Shown here one piece after another: positions 1 to 12,100 of a stretch of DNA of 64,000 nucleotides. The notes below the pieces were generated by a model. That model did no database searches. It had not been told where the DNA came from and saw only the letters and a program-made list of their open reading frames with translations. A program made the position numbers and the translations under genes. The stretch is from the NCBI GenBank assembly GCA_030167865.1, contig JALAGF010002605.1, forward strand, positions 1 through 64,000, in the 5' to 3' direction. Position 1 is the stretch's first letter; each line of letters begins with the position of its first letter. This stretch comes from Craspedostauros australis. Its lineage: Eukaryota.

Positions 1-277
1 TACCTGGTGGAATATGCTGATAGCTCTGCACCTTCATCCCATCCTAATGTCGTATGGTACGGCGCAGTGCACGCACGTACCATCACATTCTGATGCAGTT
101 TTGCTCTTCACCTATTGTTCCAAGTCCACCGCGAGAAACTGCGTGCAATCAATTGGGGCCAAAAACAGCCGAAATGTGGGTCCATTTGCACGACTGTAGA
201 CACGTCTGAGGGCGGCTTCGAGTGCCTTGCTGTGAGTCCGTCTGAGAGAGGAAAAAAGAACATTTTCGCCGCTCGCC

Positions 278-327
278 NNNNNNNNNNNNNNNNNNNNNNN
301 NNNNNNNNNNNNNNNNNNNNNNNNNNN
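278..327. other. Assembly gap (50 N)
   Basis: Run of N bases seen directly in the sequence. Confidence 0.99.
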
Positions 328-680
328 AACTGAATCTAATGCACGATACAACACGACAGAATAGGTACCTTCATGACCTCCTAACCCATCCAATATACGT
401 TTTAAGAATGTAGTTCTTCTACATATATCTAAAGTAAGTATATGGTAAGGCCTCTTAAAGTTTATATCAGGATCGCAGATGCGACGCCAACTTGGGCGTA
501 ACCTTTTCGCTCACCGGGGTCTTATTTTGCGCTTAAATCACCACAGCGCTCCTGCTCGCACGACTCCTCTACTGGGTGGAGACGACAACAACAAAAGCGC
601 AGGTTCGCAAAGAAATGCTGGTGGCAAAGAGGGATGGCAAGAGGTGAGAAGGGCTGGGGCGGAGCGACTGCCTCCTTCTG

Positions 681-3600
681 TTGGGCCCACAACAGCATCA
701 CAGACGTGCCTTCGCCGCCACACTCACCACACTCGGACTTACGTCTATCCTACTCGTGGTGATGGCGTCTTCGATGTCTCTTGGTGCGGACACGAGCACG
801 TCATTGATGGGAGATTACGCGAGCGCCCAGCTGCGGCTCGCCGTGCCGGACGTTCCATCGACAACAACGGATCAGCACTCCGTCGCGTGGCGCATTCGCG
901 ATACGGCCGATACGCTGGTCATCAACCGCGAGCAACCGATCAAGGGAGGGTATCGTCCTGCTGCGCGTCTCGGACAGGTGGATCTCTCCACCAGCTTCGA
1001 CGTTGAGGCATCCTTGTCCGATCTCCGCAGCGAGAAAGCATCGATCATCCGATCTGCGTTCGAAATTGCCGCGGGGGTGGTTCTGGGGAACAGGCTGCGA
1101 TCGGACTCCGACGATGATAACGACAATGCCGACGATGACGACAGTGCAGGGGAGAGTGCGAATCTGCCCGTCGTTTTGGGGGATGCCGACAGCATTGACA
1201 AGCTGCGATCGCAGAGCCTCATCCGCGCCTTTGACAACAAGGAATGGGCCAAGCGCAGACCGGCCAAGCCATCTGCCTCCAGCGCGGGCAAACCGACTTC
1301 GAAGCCATCCAAGGCCGATGCGAAGAAGCGCGCGTTGGCAGGTTCCCCCTCTCCTTCACTGTCGCATTCGAAAATCAGACTGAAAGTCAAGGCCAAGACG
1401 AAATCGAAGACCGCACCTGGCGTCACCACCACCGGCGTCGGCACGAAAGGCAAGACAGGCGACACGACCAACGTGAACAAGAACAAGAAAATGAAGACAG
1501 GGATCAAAGCAAAGAAACCAGCCGTCACCGTGGGTGGGAAGAAGCAGGCCAAGCCGAAGTTCACACGCAACACCCCCGCAAGTTCGGCGGCAGCGCTGGA
1601 CTCGAGGTTGACAAGTTCGCGCGCCATCTTGTGCGCCGCAGCCAATGTGGCATTTGCAACGCTGACGCCATCGCTGCCTGGACTAGAGATCGAGGCAGTC
1701 GACGTGCCTCAAAACCCGAACAAGCCCGCTGTATCCGGCCCGCGGAAGTGCTCCACTGTCAGCAACATGGGGGCCGTCCTGGTTGAGGCACAGACCGTCG
1801 GCCAGAGGGTGGAGTCTGTTGCGACCAATGCCGCAAGGCGAGCCGCGCGCCGATACCTCTATCGCAAGCAAAATCTCCAGGCCTCAAGATCAAGCGCGTA
1901 TCTGTTCCCGTTGCGGAATCTATTCAGAAGGAAGCAACTCGCCAGCAGGCCTTGGGGTGACGGCAACGGAAACGCTGACGACGAGCCGCCGCTCTTGATT
2001 GACCAAGATGAGACATATTCTCCATCCGAGGACTCTGTTACCCATACCTGGATCAACCACTGTCTACCTCGATTCTTGTCCATTCTCGAGAAGGGATCCG
2101 GCCATGCTTTCTACCACGACGCACATTGGAACACGCGACATGGACGCATCGCCAACCTTCTGCAAGATCTGTCCAGAGGCGACGACGAATACTTCGGACC
2201 GCACCTCATCGTGTGCACAGAACCAGATCTTGGTCGGTTTTATCAGGAGTTTCGTGGGATAAACAGCCACCTGCGACTCATCAACATGATTAATATGAAC
2301 GACATGCGGGCGATGAAGTACGTTGGGACTGATGCCGATCGCAAGGCGCTTCGCAAACATTTCCCGAAGGCAACAGGATTGCCAGATGCAGCATTTCATG
2401 TGATCATCACGTCGTACTCAAACCTCCTCAAGGACTACCTCCATTTGTGCCAAATGCCATTCGAGGTCGTGATCTTGGATGATGGCGCCTCATGGATGTC
2501 GGCCGCGCAGGGCGACCCTAACTCACCAATCGGTCAACTGTGGGAGAATGCCATATGGAGCAAGAGTGACAAGCAGATCGGGCTGGCAGGCACGCGCGAC
2601 AAGAAATGGGACTTCTCCGTGGATTCCATCAACACCTCCCTCATCAAGGAGTCATGGATCGGTTTGACAGCCCGTCATCGGATCCTCACTTCGTCCACCA
2701 CGCATATCCTGCAACGCAGCACGGCTGAATTGATTCCCGTGTCTGGCTTAGTCAGCTTTATCTACCCGCACTACGCCGACGTCGTCCGAGAGGAATGGGA
2801 CAGAAGCCGTATCTCGAATGACGCGGCGAGCATGGAACATTTCCGTCGATTGCTCACCAAGTCATGTGTCATCCACGCCCCAGAATCCGACGATCAGGAC
2901 ATGTACAAACTGGCCATGAAGGCGCTGACTGGCAAGCTCGGGAACTCGGATAGGTCCAAGGATCCGTCCGTCCCCGATATCATAGCGGATGAGAAGTTCG
3001 TGTCAGATGGCAAGGTGGCCTACTCTCGTCGGCTGGCGTTGCAATGGCTCGGCACTCAGCTGGAGAAATCGTGGCTGCGGTACGAGTTGGGATCGGTGGA
3101 CTTTCAGTTCATTCTCAACGTGATGAAAGTCTCGTCTCACTATGGCCACATCTGTGACGAGGTTATCACGGCATCGATGACAACCTCTACTGGCGCGACG
3201 GGACAGGTGGCCGGTTCGCAGGCCTATCGCCTTGCGCTTCGTTGCGGTCGTCAGTTTGGTTCAGAGCAGGGATTGAGGCAGCATCTGTCCGCCCTGCACG
3301 CACCGCCCGGGACCTGGCTGTGTCGCACGTGCGGCAGCGATTGCATCACCAGCCAGGCTCGCACCCACCACGAACGATCGTGCGGTCAGCCGCTCGCGGG
3401 CGTAGCCGATCCCGCTGCTCTGGGTGTGGGCAGTGACGGCAAAGTCGGCGCATCGAAATCTTCATCTGGTGAGCGCAGCGGTCCAAAGCAGTCAGGTCAG
3501 GCCGGCGTCGTCGGCAAGAAAAAGGGGGCGAAGCCGAAGCAGGCTTCCGCAGCCTCCGCGGAAGAAAAGGATCCAGATGGATCCATCCGCGTGCCTGGTT

Positions 3601-5084
3601 ATCGCGGAGTGTGGATCGATCCTGCCGGAAAGCACTTTGTGAAAATCCAAGGCAAGCGCTTTTGTGACGAAGGCTCGGACCAAGTCCTGCTGTTCGACGG
3701 TGCCGAAGATGCAGCGAAGCGTCACGACAGGGAACTGAAGAAGACAGGAATTAAGAAGGGCGAATTCAACTACAAGTCGGACGGAAGTCGCATCGTCTAC
3801 GAAGACGTCACGACATCATCCACGACTGGCCTCGGGGGCAGCGCCAGCAGTGTCGTGCCCGCTTTGTCTGTCATCAACATCAAGGACCTTCCATCCCACG
3901 TCAAGCCGCTCTTGCGCGATCCACGGCAAACCTCAAGGACGGGTGGTAACTCAAAGCGCCACGTGTACGCGTACAGGGGAGTCTGCCGGCAAGCACGCAA
4001 GGGACATGACCGTTGGCAAAGCCAAATCTCGTTCATGGGAGTCAATCACTATTTGGGGACCTTCGATTCTGAGTGGGATGCAGCTGCTATCTATGCTTGG
4101 GCCCACCTTATTCTGTATGGTGAGGAGGCTACAAAACAGGCTCAGAGAGAAGGAGAAGAAGCCGCCGCAGCCTACGAAAAAGAGAAGAAGATGATCGAGG
4201 AGGGCAAGGTGCCCGAACCGCAAGCGAAGGAGACCAAGAAGCGAAAGCTGCCGAAAAAGAAGGAAGTCGAGAAGCGTCCGACGCCAAGCACGCCAGCAGA
4301 ACCGGTCGAAAAGCCAACGAAGAAGAAGAAACTTAGCACAGACGATCCCAAGCCCAAATCCGAAAGTATGGTCGGTGTCACACAGAAGGCGACTGGAAAG
4401 GCGCCAATCCTCGCACCAAGGACGGCCTACAAGGAGATGGACGACGACAAACTGACTCAGGAGGCCACTCTGCGCTTGCTGGCTGCGCATGAAAACGGCT
4501 ACTGCACAACAGAAATTCCTTTGCCAGCAGGCATGGATCCGGTCCGCGGGTGTATTCCTCCCGGCTCCATCGAGTCGACACCGGGATGTGCCATGCTCCT
4601 AGGCCTCTCCCCGGCCCTATTCGGATGGGATTCGACAGCGTACATGGCGGGGCAATTTTTCGAGTCAGAAGACGAGGCGTCGGAGGTCGCGGACATTCTG
4701 TCATCTGAATACGGCCAAGGAGGCACCAACGAGAGGTTCCGAACATTGATGCAAGGGTCGACTTGTGTCATCGGGCGCGCCAACGAACGAACGCAACGCC
4801 TGTATGGAGCGCTTGGGTTGGGCAACGTCGCCGTCGGTGGTTCCGTCGGTCCCATCGATTGCCACATTGGCGGTTCCGTCCAATCGTGCGACGAAACTTC
4901 GGCATGCATTCGCTTCGTGAAGACGAAGAAGGGTGAATTCCAACTGTTGGCTTTGTCGGAGGACGATGTTGTCACGTTGAATGGCGAGAAGATTACGCCC
5001 GACATGGGCACATTCACGCTCTCGTCAGAGGACGTGTGCACGGTTGGCGGGAGGGTCTTTGCATTCGTTCTGCCTGACGATTGA
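681..5084 (+). CDS. Large putative transcription regulator: degenerate Snf2-type ATPase lobe, two C2H2 zinc fingers, two AP2 domains and a C-terminal FHA domain; 5' end uncertain (first ATG at 762, upstream exons possible)
   Basis: 1467-aa ORF. Snf2-like motifs GPHLIVC, FHVIITSY, VVILDDG. Zinc fingers CGRQFGSEQGLRQHLSALH and CRTC..HHERSC. AP2 motifs YRGVCRQ..RWQSQI..YLGTFDSEWDAAAIY and YRGVWID..FDGAEDAAKRHD. FHA-like IGRA...TLNGEKI...VGGRVFAFVLP. Confidence 0.8.
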   Translation: MGPQQHHRRAFAATLTTLGLTSILLVVMASSMSLGADTSTSLMGDYASAQLRLAVPDVPSTTTDQHSVAWRIRDTADTLVINREQPIKGGYRPAARLGQVDLSTSFDVEASLSDLRSEKASIIRSAFEIAAGVVLGNRLRSDSDDDNDNADDDDSAGESANLPVVLGDADSIDKLRSQSLIRAFDNKEWAKRRPAKPSASSAGKPTSKPSKADAKKRALAGSPSPSLSHSKIRLKVKAKTKSKTAPGVTTTGVGTKGKTGDTTNVNKNKKMKTGIKAKKPAVTVGGKKQAKPKFTRNTPASSAAALDSRLTSSRAILCAAANVAFATLTPSLPGLEIEAVDVPQNPNKPAVSGPRKCSTVSNMGAVLVEAQTVGQRVESVATNAARRAARRYLYRKQNLQASRSSAYLFPLRNLFRRKQLASRPWGDGNGNADDEPPLLIDQDETYSPSEDSVTHTWINHCLPRFLSILEKGSGHAFYHDAHWNTRHGRIANLLQDLSRGDDEYFGPHLIVCTEPDLGRFYQEFRGINSHLRLINMINMNDMRAMKYVGTDADRKALRKHFPKATGLPDAAFHVIITSYSNLLKDYLHLCQMPFEVVILDDGASWMSAAQGDPNSPIGQLWENAIWSKSDKQIGLAGTRDKKWDFSVDSINTSLIKESWIGLTARHRILTSSTTHILQRSTAELIPVSGLVSFIYPHYADVVREEWDRSRISNDAASMEHFRRLLTKSCVIHAPESDDQDMYKLAMKALTGKLGNSDRSKDPSVPDIIADEKFVSDGKVAYSRRLALQWLGTQLEKSWLRYELGSVDFQFILNVMKVSSHYGHICDEVITASMTTSTGATGQVAGSQAYRLALRCGRQFGSEQGLRQHLSALHAPPGTWLCRTCGSDCITSQARTHHERSCGQPLAGVADPAALGVGSDGKVGASKSSSGERSGPKQSGQAGVVGKKKGAKPKQASAASAEEKDPDGSIRVPGYRGVWIDPAGKHFVKIQGKRFCDEGSDQVLLFDGAEDAAKRHDRELKKTGIKKGEFNYKSDGSRIVYEDVTTSSTTGLGGSASSVVPALSVINIKDLPSHVKPLLRDPRQTSRTGGNSKRHVYAYRGVCRQARKGHDRWQSQISFMGVNHYLGTFDSEWDAAAIYAWAHLILYGEEATKQAQREGEEAAAAYEKEKKMIEEGKVPEPQAKETKKRKLPKKKEVEKRPTPSTPAEPVEKPTKKKKLSTDDPKPKSESMVGVTQKATGKAPILAPRTAYKEMDDDKLTQEATLRLLAAHENGYCTTEIPLPAGMDPVRGCIPPGSIESTPGCAMLLGLSPALFGWDSTAYMAGQFFESEDEASEVADILSSEYGQGGTNERFRTLMQGSTCVIGRANERTQRLYGALGLGNVAVGGSVGPIDCHIGGSVQSCDETSACIRFVKTKKGEFQLLALSEDDVVTLNGEKITPDMGTFTLSSEDVCTVGGRVFAFVLPDD

Positions 5085-5226
5085 TGATTGAGAAAATCTA
5101 GGTCGTGCCACAGAACAATTTCACGTGTGTTGTGCGCGCGAAATAATTGCGAACTATTGCACGAGTACGGTGGATAACGCGTGGCAAGCGCATGAAGAGC
5201 AAATCGCTGTACTGCTGTATTGGTCG

Positions 5227-5365
5227 TTAGTTTTGGACGTTCCTCGTATCTGTGCCACCATCCACATTGTTGCCATCACCATTGGTGTTGTTGGTATTGT
5301 TGTTGATATTAGCGCTGCGATCTGCGGCACCACCACCGTTACCATCTCCGCGTTCGTCTTCGTGT

Positions 5366-5397
<32 letters not shown>

Positions 5398-8300
5398 TGT
5401 GGCTCTTTTGCTTCCGTAAATCTGATCCCATTCAACGTATTGCACCAGATCCGCAGGCCCGACGCTTGGCTTCATGCCCTTCAGACTGCGACGGAAGTGC
5501 TTGAAGGTGATCGGAGGCACGTTGTCTATGTTGACCTCCAAGGCCTTTGGTCCTAGCTGCCGAATCGGACCCATCGCGGCATCCGTGCACAATGCCTTCA
5601 GATCCGCGCCGCTGTACCCGTTGGTTTCTTTGGCCAGCCGATCCACATCCTGTCCCGACAGCTTGTGCTTGTTCTTCTCCAGCATGTGGTTCAGCAGTGT
5701 CGCTCGGTCCTGTTCGCTGGGCAGCGGAATGTAAAGCCGCTTGACGAAACGACGCCGTGCTGCTTCGTCCAGTTCCTGAGGACGATTCGTCGCGCCAATC
5801 ACCAGCACACGACCTTGGCCGCTGGTGCCTGTTCCATCCAACTGGACCAGAAACTCCGTCTTGATGCGGCGGCTTGCCTCATTCTCATCTGATTTACGTT
5901 GGGTGAGCAACGAATCGATCTCGTCGATGAAGACGACCGCTGGTTCACGGTACGCGGCAACGGCAAACAAGGTCCGCACGAGTTTTTCACCCTCGCCGAT
6001 CCATTTGCTGGTCAGCGACGAACTCGAGATGCTGAAGAACGTCGCGCCACTTTCGTGCGCGATGGCCTTTCCAATCAGCGTCTTTCCCGTTCCTGTTTTG
6101 CTTGCGCGACAAGAAATGAGGCGGTGAGTGACGAGGAGTACGTACGTGCGCACGCACACATGATCAGAAACGGACAGCAGCAAGAGAAGGAAAAGCGAAT
6201 GTGCAAAGAAATGAGTACGTGGGTGAATGTGTGGGTGAATGTGTGAGTGAACGAATGGATGCGGTCCATGCCAGAGATGGCAACGATGGTGTCATTGATG
6301 CTGGAGTGACAGAAGGCGACCGCTGAATGGCGAGACAGACGCCTCGGAACGTACCTGGCGGTCCGTACAGCAATAGCCCATTTGGTGCACGACGCAGCCC
6401 TGTGAATAGATCGGGTCGCTTCATCGGCCAGCACACGACTTCCTGGACGGTCTGCTTGGCGTCTTCCAACCCAGCAATATCATCAAAAGTGACGGACTCG
6501 CCACTTTCCTGGATCTCATTGATGATCTTCTTGACGAGTGCCTTGTCCAGGTGCTGCAGCTCCTCTGGCAATTCCTCGTCATCGTCATCATTGTTGCCAT
6601 TCGACACGGTAACGTTGGTGTTCTGCTTCGTGCCCCCTCCGCTGGAGCCAGACCCCGTAGTGTTGGATCTTCCCATCGTGTTGGTTGCGTTGACAGCTTT
6701 GGGTGCTTTTCGAAGACCGCCACCACCAGACTTTGGAATGGTGGAGCCTCCATTCGGATGGTTGGCTCCATTAGCCTACGCATTGGTTGGTGGGTTGAAG
6801 TGGTTGGTTGGTTGATTGCAGGCATACGAACAAACACAGGAGAGTAGAAATAGAGGAAGGCGACGTAAGTTACTCTACTTCACACACTCGCATGATGATT
6901 GGCGTGCTGTGCTGTGCCTTTCTGCTCGATGGACCACGCATATTGGCATATGTGAGCGCAAACAACGGCAGTTGCAGAGTGTTGTTTGCATCAACCATCA
7001 ACCTGCAAGCGTCAAGCAATAGCCGCAATAATCGCCAACCACAGATGCGTGAATCCTTACAGTACACAATCCATCGCCGTCACGTACCTCTCCGACTCGT
7101 TTCGGTGGCTGGAACTTTCTGCGCAGAGAATTCGGGATGTGCGGTGCGCTTTGTGGCATCGAATTTGATGACACGTTGCTGCCGGTGTTGTTCATGCCTC
7201 CCGCATAATCGTAATCGCCTGCCATCTCGGTGGTCATGTTGGAGTTGCTGTATGGATTGCTGCGGTTGCTGCGCCCTTGATTCTGATTGTACGCGTTGGA
7301 GGACTGTGCTCGTTCCTGATGCGCAAATTCGCGCGCCGTGACGAACGGATTCTGTGCGTGGTAATCCTCCCATGTGCTGGTACTGTTGTTATTCGCGTTT
7401 GCGTTCATATTCGTGCTTCCATGCGTGCTCATGCCGCCAGCAGAAGATGGGTGAGATGAGTTGTGCGCATTCCGCATGCTCCCATCCATGCCATGGCGAC
7501 CGTTGTCTGCAATGTTGCTATTCCATGATGGTGGCATGTTGGATGATGTGGGGGGCTCATTCCGCGGTTGCGTCGTCGATCGTCGCTGCTGAACCTGGGT
7601 ATGAATCTTATTCTGATTCTGAAGATGGGGTTGGGGACCATGCAGAAACGGCTGCTGGTTTTCATCCGAGAGTTGTGTGTAACTGAAAGGATTGGTGCTC
7701 GCATGTGCGGCATTGGGAGCGCCACGTGCCGGCTTTGCAGCGGGGACGCGTGATGAAGGAACATGACGTGGATTTTGTGGCTGTTGCTGTTGCTTCTGGT
7801 GGTGGTGTCTTTTCGATGGATGTCCGTATGGATTCATCGGAGGCTTTTGCTCAGGATTTTTTCTGCCCGAGGCCACAGGCACTGGTGACACAGTTGTTTG
7901 TTGACCTTGCTTCTGTCGTTTGGCGTGCTTTGCGTCGTCGATTACCAAAATGACTTCGTTGGCCTCCATGTTGGTATCGTCGCTGCTCTCCGATGAATCA
8001 TCATGTTCCTGGTCATGGCTTAGACAGGATGCGGGATGCATGAATTCGGGATACTCGAGGAAGAAGGTGTCCACCTGTTCTTGTGCGTGGGAGGCCAGCG
8101 CGGTGCTGTTGAGTTCTGCTGGTCCAGCTGAACTATCGCAGCCACGACCACCATCACCACCACTATCACCACCACCATGTTTGCGACCTTGCTGATGCGC
8201 CAGGCCAGCGGACTCCATCACATCCGACCACCCGTTCATCATCATGCTTTCCAACAGTTGCACGTGCTGCGGAGATGCTGCTTCTTCATCAATCTCCGCC

Positions 8301-8650
8301 TGGATGTGAGAAAAGTATGCTTGATTCAAGACGCTCCGATCCTCCAGCGCCTTCTTGTCTCTGGCATCGCATTTGAAACCGCTGTTGGACGATCTGCTGG
8401 CCGCTGTTGCTGATGCAGCTTTCAGCACGCTCAGACGTCCCGACCTCACGGCAACGGATTGTTCGAACAGCGACGATACCTCCGCAAGCGACGGTTGCAT
8501 TGGCGACGGGGTTCCGTTGCCTCGCCTCGCAGCACGATGATGGTGGTTGGCAACGAGCTTGTCCACGTGCCGCTGTCGCATCAGCCATTCCTCGTTCAAT
8601 TCATCAAAATCCTCGCTGTTTATCGTTGGTATTTCGTTGGATGCCTTCAT
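5227..8650 (-). CDS. FIGNL1: Fidgetin-like 1 AAA ATPase; exons approx. 8650-7088, 6775-6355, 6092-5227
   Basis: [10 protein letters not shown]; Walker A GPPG|TGKT split by a GT-AG intron; Walker [23 protein letters not shown]; Vps4_C-like tail. The FVTA and KFQPP motifs match the FIGNL1 RAD51-binding region. Confidence 0.88.
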
Positions 8651-9109
8651 CGTTTCCAACTCTACTCCACGAGTATTGCGCTGTATGAATTGATTCTGTG
8701 TCTTTTGATTGTGTCTGCTGAGTGCTTTGTGGCGCGCACTTGTGGTGTGTTGTGTCGTGTTGTGTTGGTGGTTGCATGCCACCACACTCGACGCTCATCA
8801 CAAGGCTCCAAAAATCTCCTTTTTTCATGCCGACATCATTCCAAACCATTGACACAGACGGAAAATGGCGGGAGCACATCCATGGCGTTTACTGCACACT
8901 GCAACTCACAGACAAACGTATATCAACGTCGCCAAGATACCATTTTTCTATAAGTTTAATACAAAATAATCAACATTAACCGCAGCCCCAAATTGTCGGA
9001 CACATGAAGTCGAACCGAATGGGCCTCGCGAATCTAGACGATTAGCTACAGCTGCAGCCACGCGTCAATGGACCACACAATGCTATCGGATATTCTACTC
9101 TGCTCTGCT

Positions 9110-12100
9110 CTAATCAAATCTCTCCATCTCTCCTCGGCGTTGGAACTCCTCAATCTCGTGCTCTCGCCCTTGCAAAAAGTCCTTGTCGGCATTGAGACGT
9201 TGCTCACTGATCTTCCGGCGCTCGAGGAGCTTCTCCTTCTGCTGGGCGGCCCATTCATCGGCATCTCGGCTCTTCAGCGCGATGCGATCGGGTGGCAGAA
9301 GTTCATTGACATCGCGCTTCAGCTGGAGAACCTTGTTGGTGATTTCGCCGATCTCCAATAGTCCGTCGAACTCTCCCCGCGCCGCATCGCCAAGCGAACC
9401 CGCGATATTGTCCACCACTTGGACGAAGGGACGGACATCCAGCGTCGGCATGTCATCGATCAGCTGGGATAGGAGCTCACGACGCTGCTTCGGCGTCTCC
9501 ATGCGAAGCACGTACGTGATGTGATCGATGTACCGGTTGATGCTGCGCGACACCTCCTTGTACACGCCCTGCTGGACGATCTTGAGCACGAACAGCCATT
9601 GGTTGTGCTCAGGGTCATCAAGCAGACCAGCACGCGCCAACCGCGCCTCCTCTTCTGCCACGGCATACTTGAGGTACGCGATGAAGACATCGTCCAGCAT
9701 CGGTCGCATGTCTCGGACGGCGTCCGTCAGCGCCATGGCCGCTTCCTCTTCGGTCTGGTGAGACGGGTCCATGGCGACTTGGCAGATGGAACGGACGATC
9801 TCCAGTTGCTGGGCCTCCAGCTCCGAACCCAACGCCTTGACCTCCTTCAGTAGGAGCTGCGCGGACACAACCAGGTGTCCCAGCAACCGACGCTCCTTGG
9901 CATGATCTGCGTCGAGACTGTCGTCGTCGCGACGAAGTGCATCCAAGTCACGATCGGCCATCTCTGTCATGCGTTCATTGACCAGCTTCACGAAGTTCTC
10001 GGAGAGCAGCAGCTCCTTGTAGTTGGAGGAGATCTCTCGGTGTCGCTCCTCGGGCTGATCCCACATCTCATCCAGCACCATCTGCAATCGAGATTTCTCT
10101 GAGAGGTAGTTCAGCGGATCGTCGATCAGCCCGATCTGCGTCGCGTCGCTGACGACGCGCAGCATACTCTCAACTTGCGCCGCTGTAATCTCCTTCTCTC
10201 CAATGAAGTACGTGTACACCGTCTCGCCTTCATCGTTGGTGCCTTCCACCGTCTTCATCTTCTGCAGCACGTCAGCAGCGAAGCTTGCTTGCTTGACAGA
10301 CTCATCCAGCTGCTTCGGTAGGCGGATTTTCTTGGTGCCTGGGATCGCTCCAGGATAGTTGACGGTCTCGGGATCCACATTTGGGTTGTACACCTCCGGC
10401 CCGGACATGATGTCGAAGACCGGGTTTTGACCAGGTGCGTCCCAATCTTCCTCCGGAGATCGGTTGACACGAACTTCCAATTCGGCAAGGTCGTCGTCCA
10501 GCACACGGGCGTAGCTGGAGATGTCCTTCTCGGCCGCTATCAATGCGTCGATGTCCGCCGCTGTTGTTCCACCCGTTTCTCCACTTATTGCAGACGACAT
10601 GGAATCACCGAAACCGGATTGCCCCTTGTTGTTGAATGTTTCAGTGATGCGACCTTCGGCGAGGCTTTGCCCGGCCTCGAACATGGCGCGGAGCTCTTCG
10701 TCTGCCGTCATTTCCTTGAAGCCTGCTGGAGCTGCTGCTGTTGGTGCTGTGGCATCGTCTGCCCTTCCATCTGTACCATCGCTGACGGCAGGTTGTGGTA
10801 TGGCCTGTGGCGAGGCGGCAGTCGCTGCTGATGATGATGATGTCGGTGCCGTCGTGTCTCTTCCTGTGACGAACTCGGTCGTCACATCTTCGAGGACCTT
10901 CTTCTGTAGTCTTGCCTGCCGTTTCTTGTTCTGCTCCCGCAGCAACTCTTTCGCTTTCTCGAATGCGCCGCTGGCAAAGCCTGCTCCAGCTTCGTTCTCC
11001 TTGGAGATCTTCTTGTCGAACTTCAAAATATCCTCCAGCAATTCTTCTGCCGTCATTGCTTCGGTGTTGTCCGCAATCTCTTCCATTGCTGCCTTTGAAG
11101 CTTCCATTATTTCCTTTTCGATCTGTTGTTGAGACGGTGCTGCCTTGTTCTTGCCCTTGCCGTTATCACTCGGCCGTTCGTCCGCGCCATCGAGTGCCTT
11201 CATCACGTCTTCCGTCGGATCTGACAATGGCAGGTCCTCTGGATTCTCGGATGCTCCGGAGCCATCCAGAACCTTCACGTTTAGCTTTCGGCGTTTGAGC
11301 TTGTCCAGTTGCACTGCTTGCTGTGTCGCAGCGCGCTGCTCCGTCTCCTCCTTGTTACTCTCGTTGGTTTCAGCTTCTGCATTCATTGTGGTGGTTGCTT
11401 CAATGGTTGCATCGATGATCCTGCTGTTGCTGTTGCTGTTCCCATTGCTTCGTTCGCCATCATCCACGGTGATGGGCTCTTTGGATAGTTCAGAAGTTCC
11501 TCGCACTGTCTTTTGAGCTGGCCGCTGTGGTTTTGGTGTTGGTTGCGACTGCGACTGCGACAGCGACTGTGCTTGGGTCTGCTCTGGTTGCTGTGGCTGT
11601 TGCTGCGGCTGTTGCTGTTGGTTGAGTCTTCTATTGGGCTGGCTGGCGTAGTCGTTTGGGCGTGAAATAGTTGTTTTGAATGCAGCGGGTGTGGATTTCT
11701 TGGGTCTCCAGTTGCGGATCATTTCTGGCGACGGGCCTTCATTGTCGCTGTCGTCATCGTCGTCGTCGTCATCTTCTCCACGTACCTTTACTGTTGTCTT
11801 CTTCTTCCTCCTCAGCTTCTTCTTGCGAAGGACCTTTGGCTTAGGTGTCTTCATCTTTGTTCGTTGAAGAGCCATCTTTTTCGCAGCCGCCACGGCAAAT
11901 CCGCCTGCCTTAGTGTCCGCTTGTTGTTGCTTCAATGTCGCTGCCTTCTTCGCAGCTTCCACGGCGAACTCCCCTCCCTCGGACGTTGTCTGTGCCTCCT
12001 TCAGCTTCAGCTTCTGCTTTCGCGCTTCCTCCTGTTTGAGTTCGGCGACCTTTCGCGCCTGCTGCACTGCGAAATCTGCAGGCGATGGTGCAGAAGATCT

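Noticed and set aside
328-470. AT-rich stretch next to the gap as a transposon end
   Set aside because: No terminal repeat, target-site duplication or transposase fragment is visible.
645-647. In-frame TGA as selenocysteine or stop-codon readthrough
   Set aside because: No SECIS element or redox motif is visible, and a splice donor or UTR explains it more simply.
872-1645. Long antisense and alternate-frame ORFs here and across the window (e.g. 33432-34427, 46535-47341, 50318-51559)
   Set aside because: They are shadows of GC3-rich coding sequence on the other strand and have no recognisable motifs.
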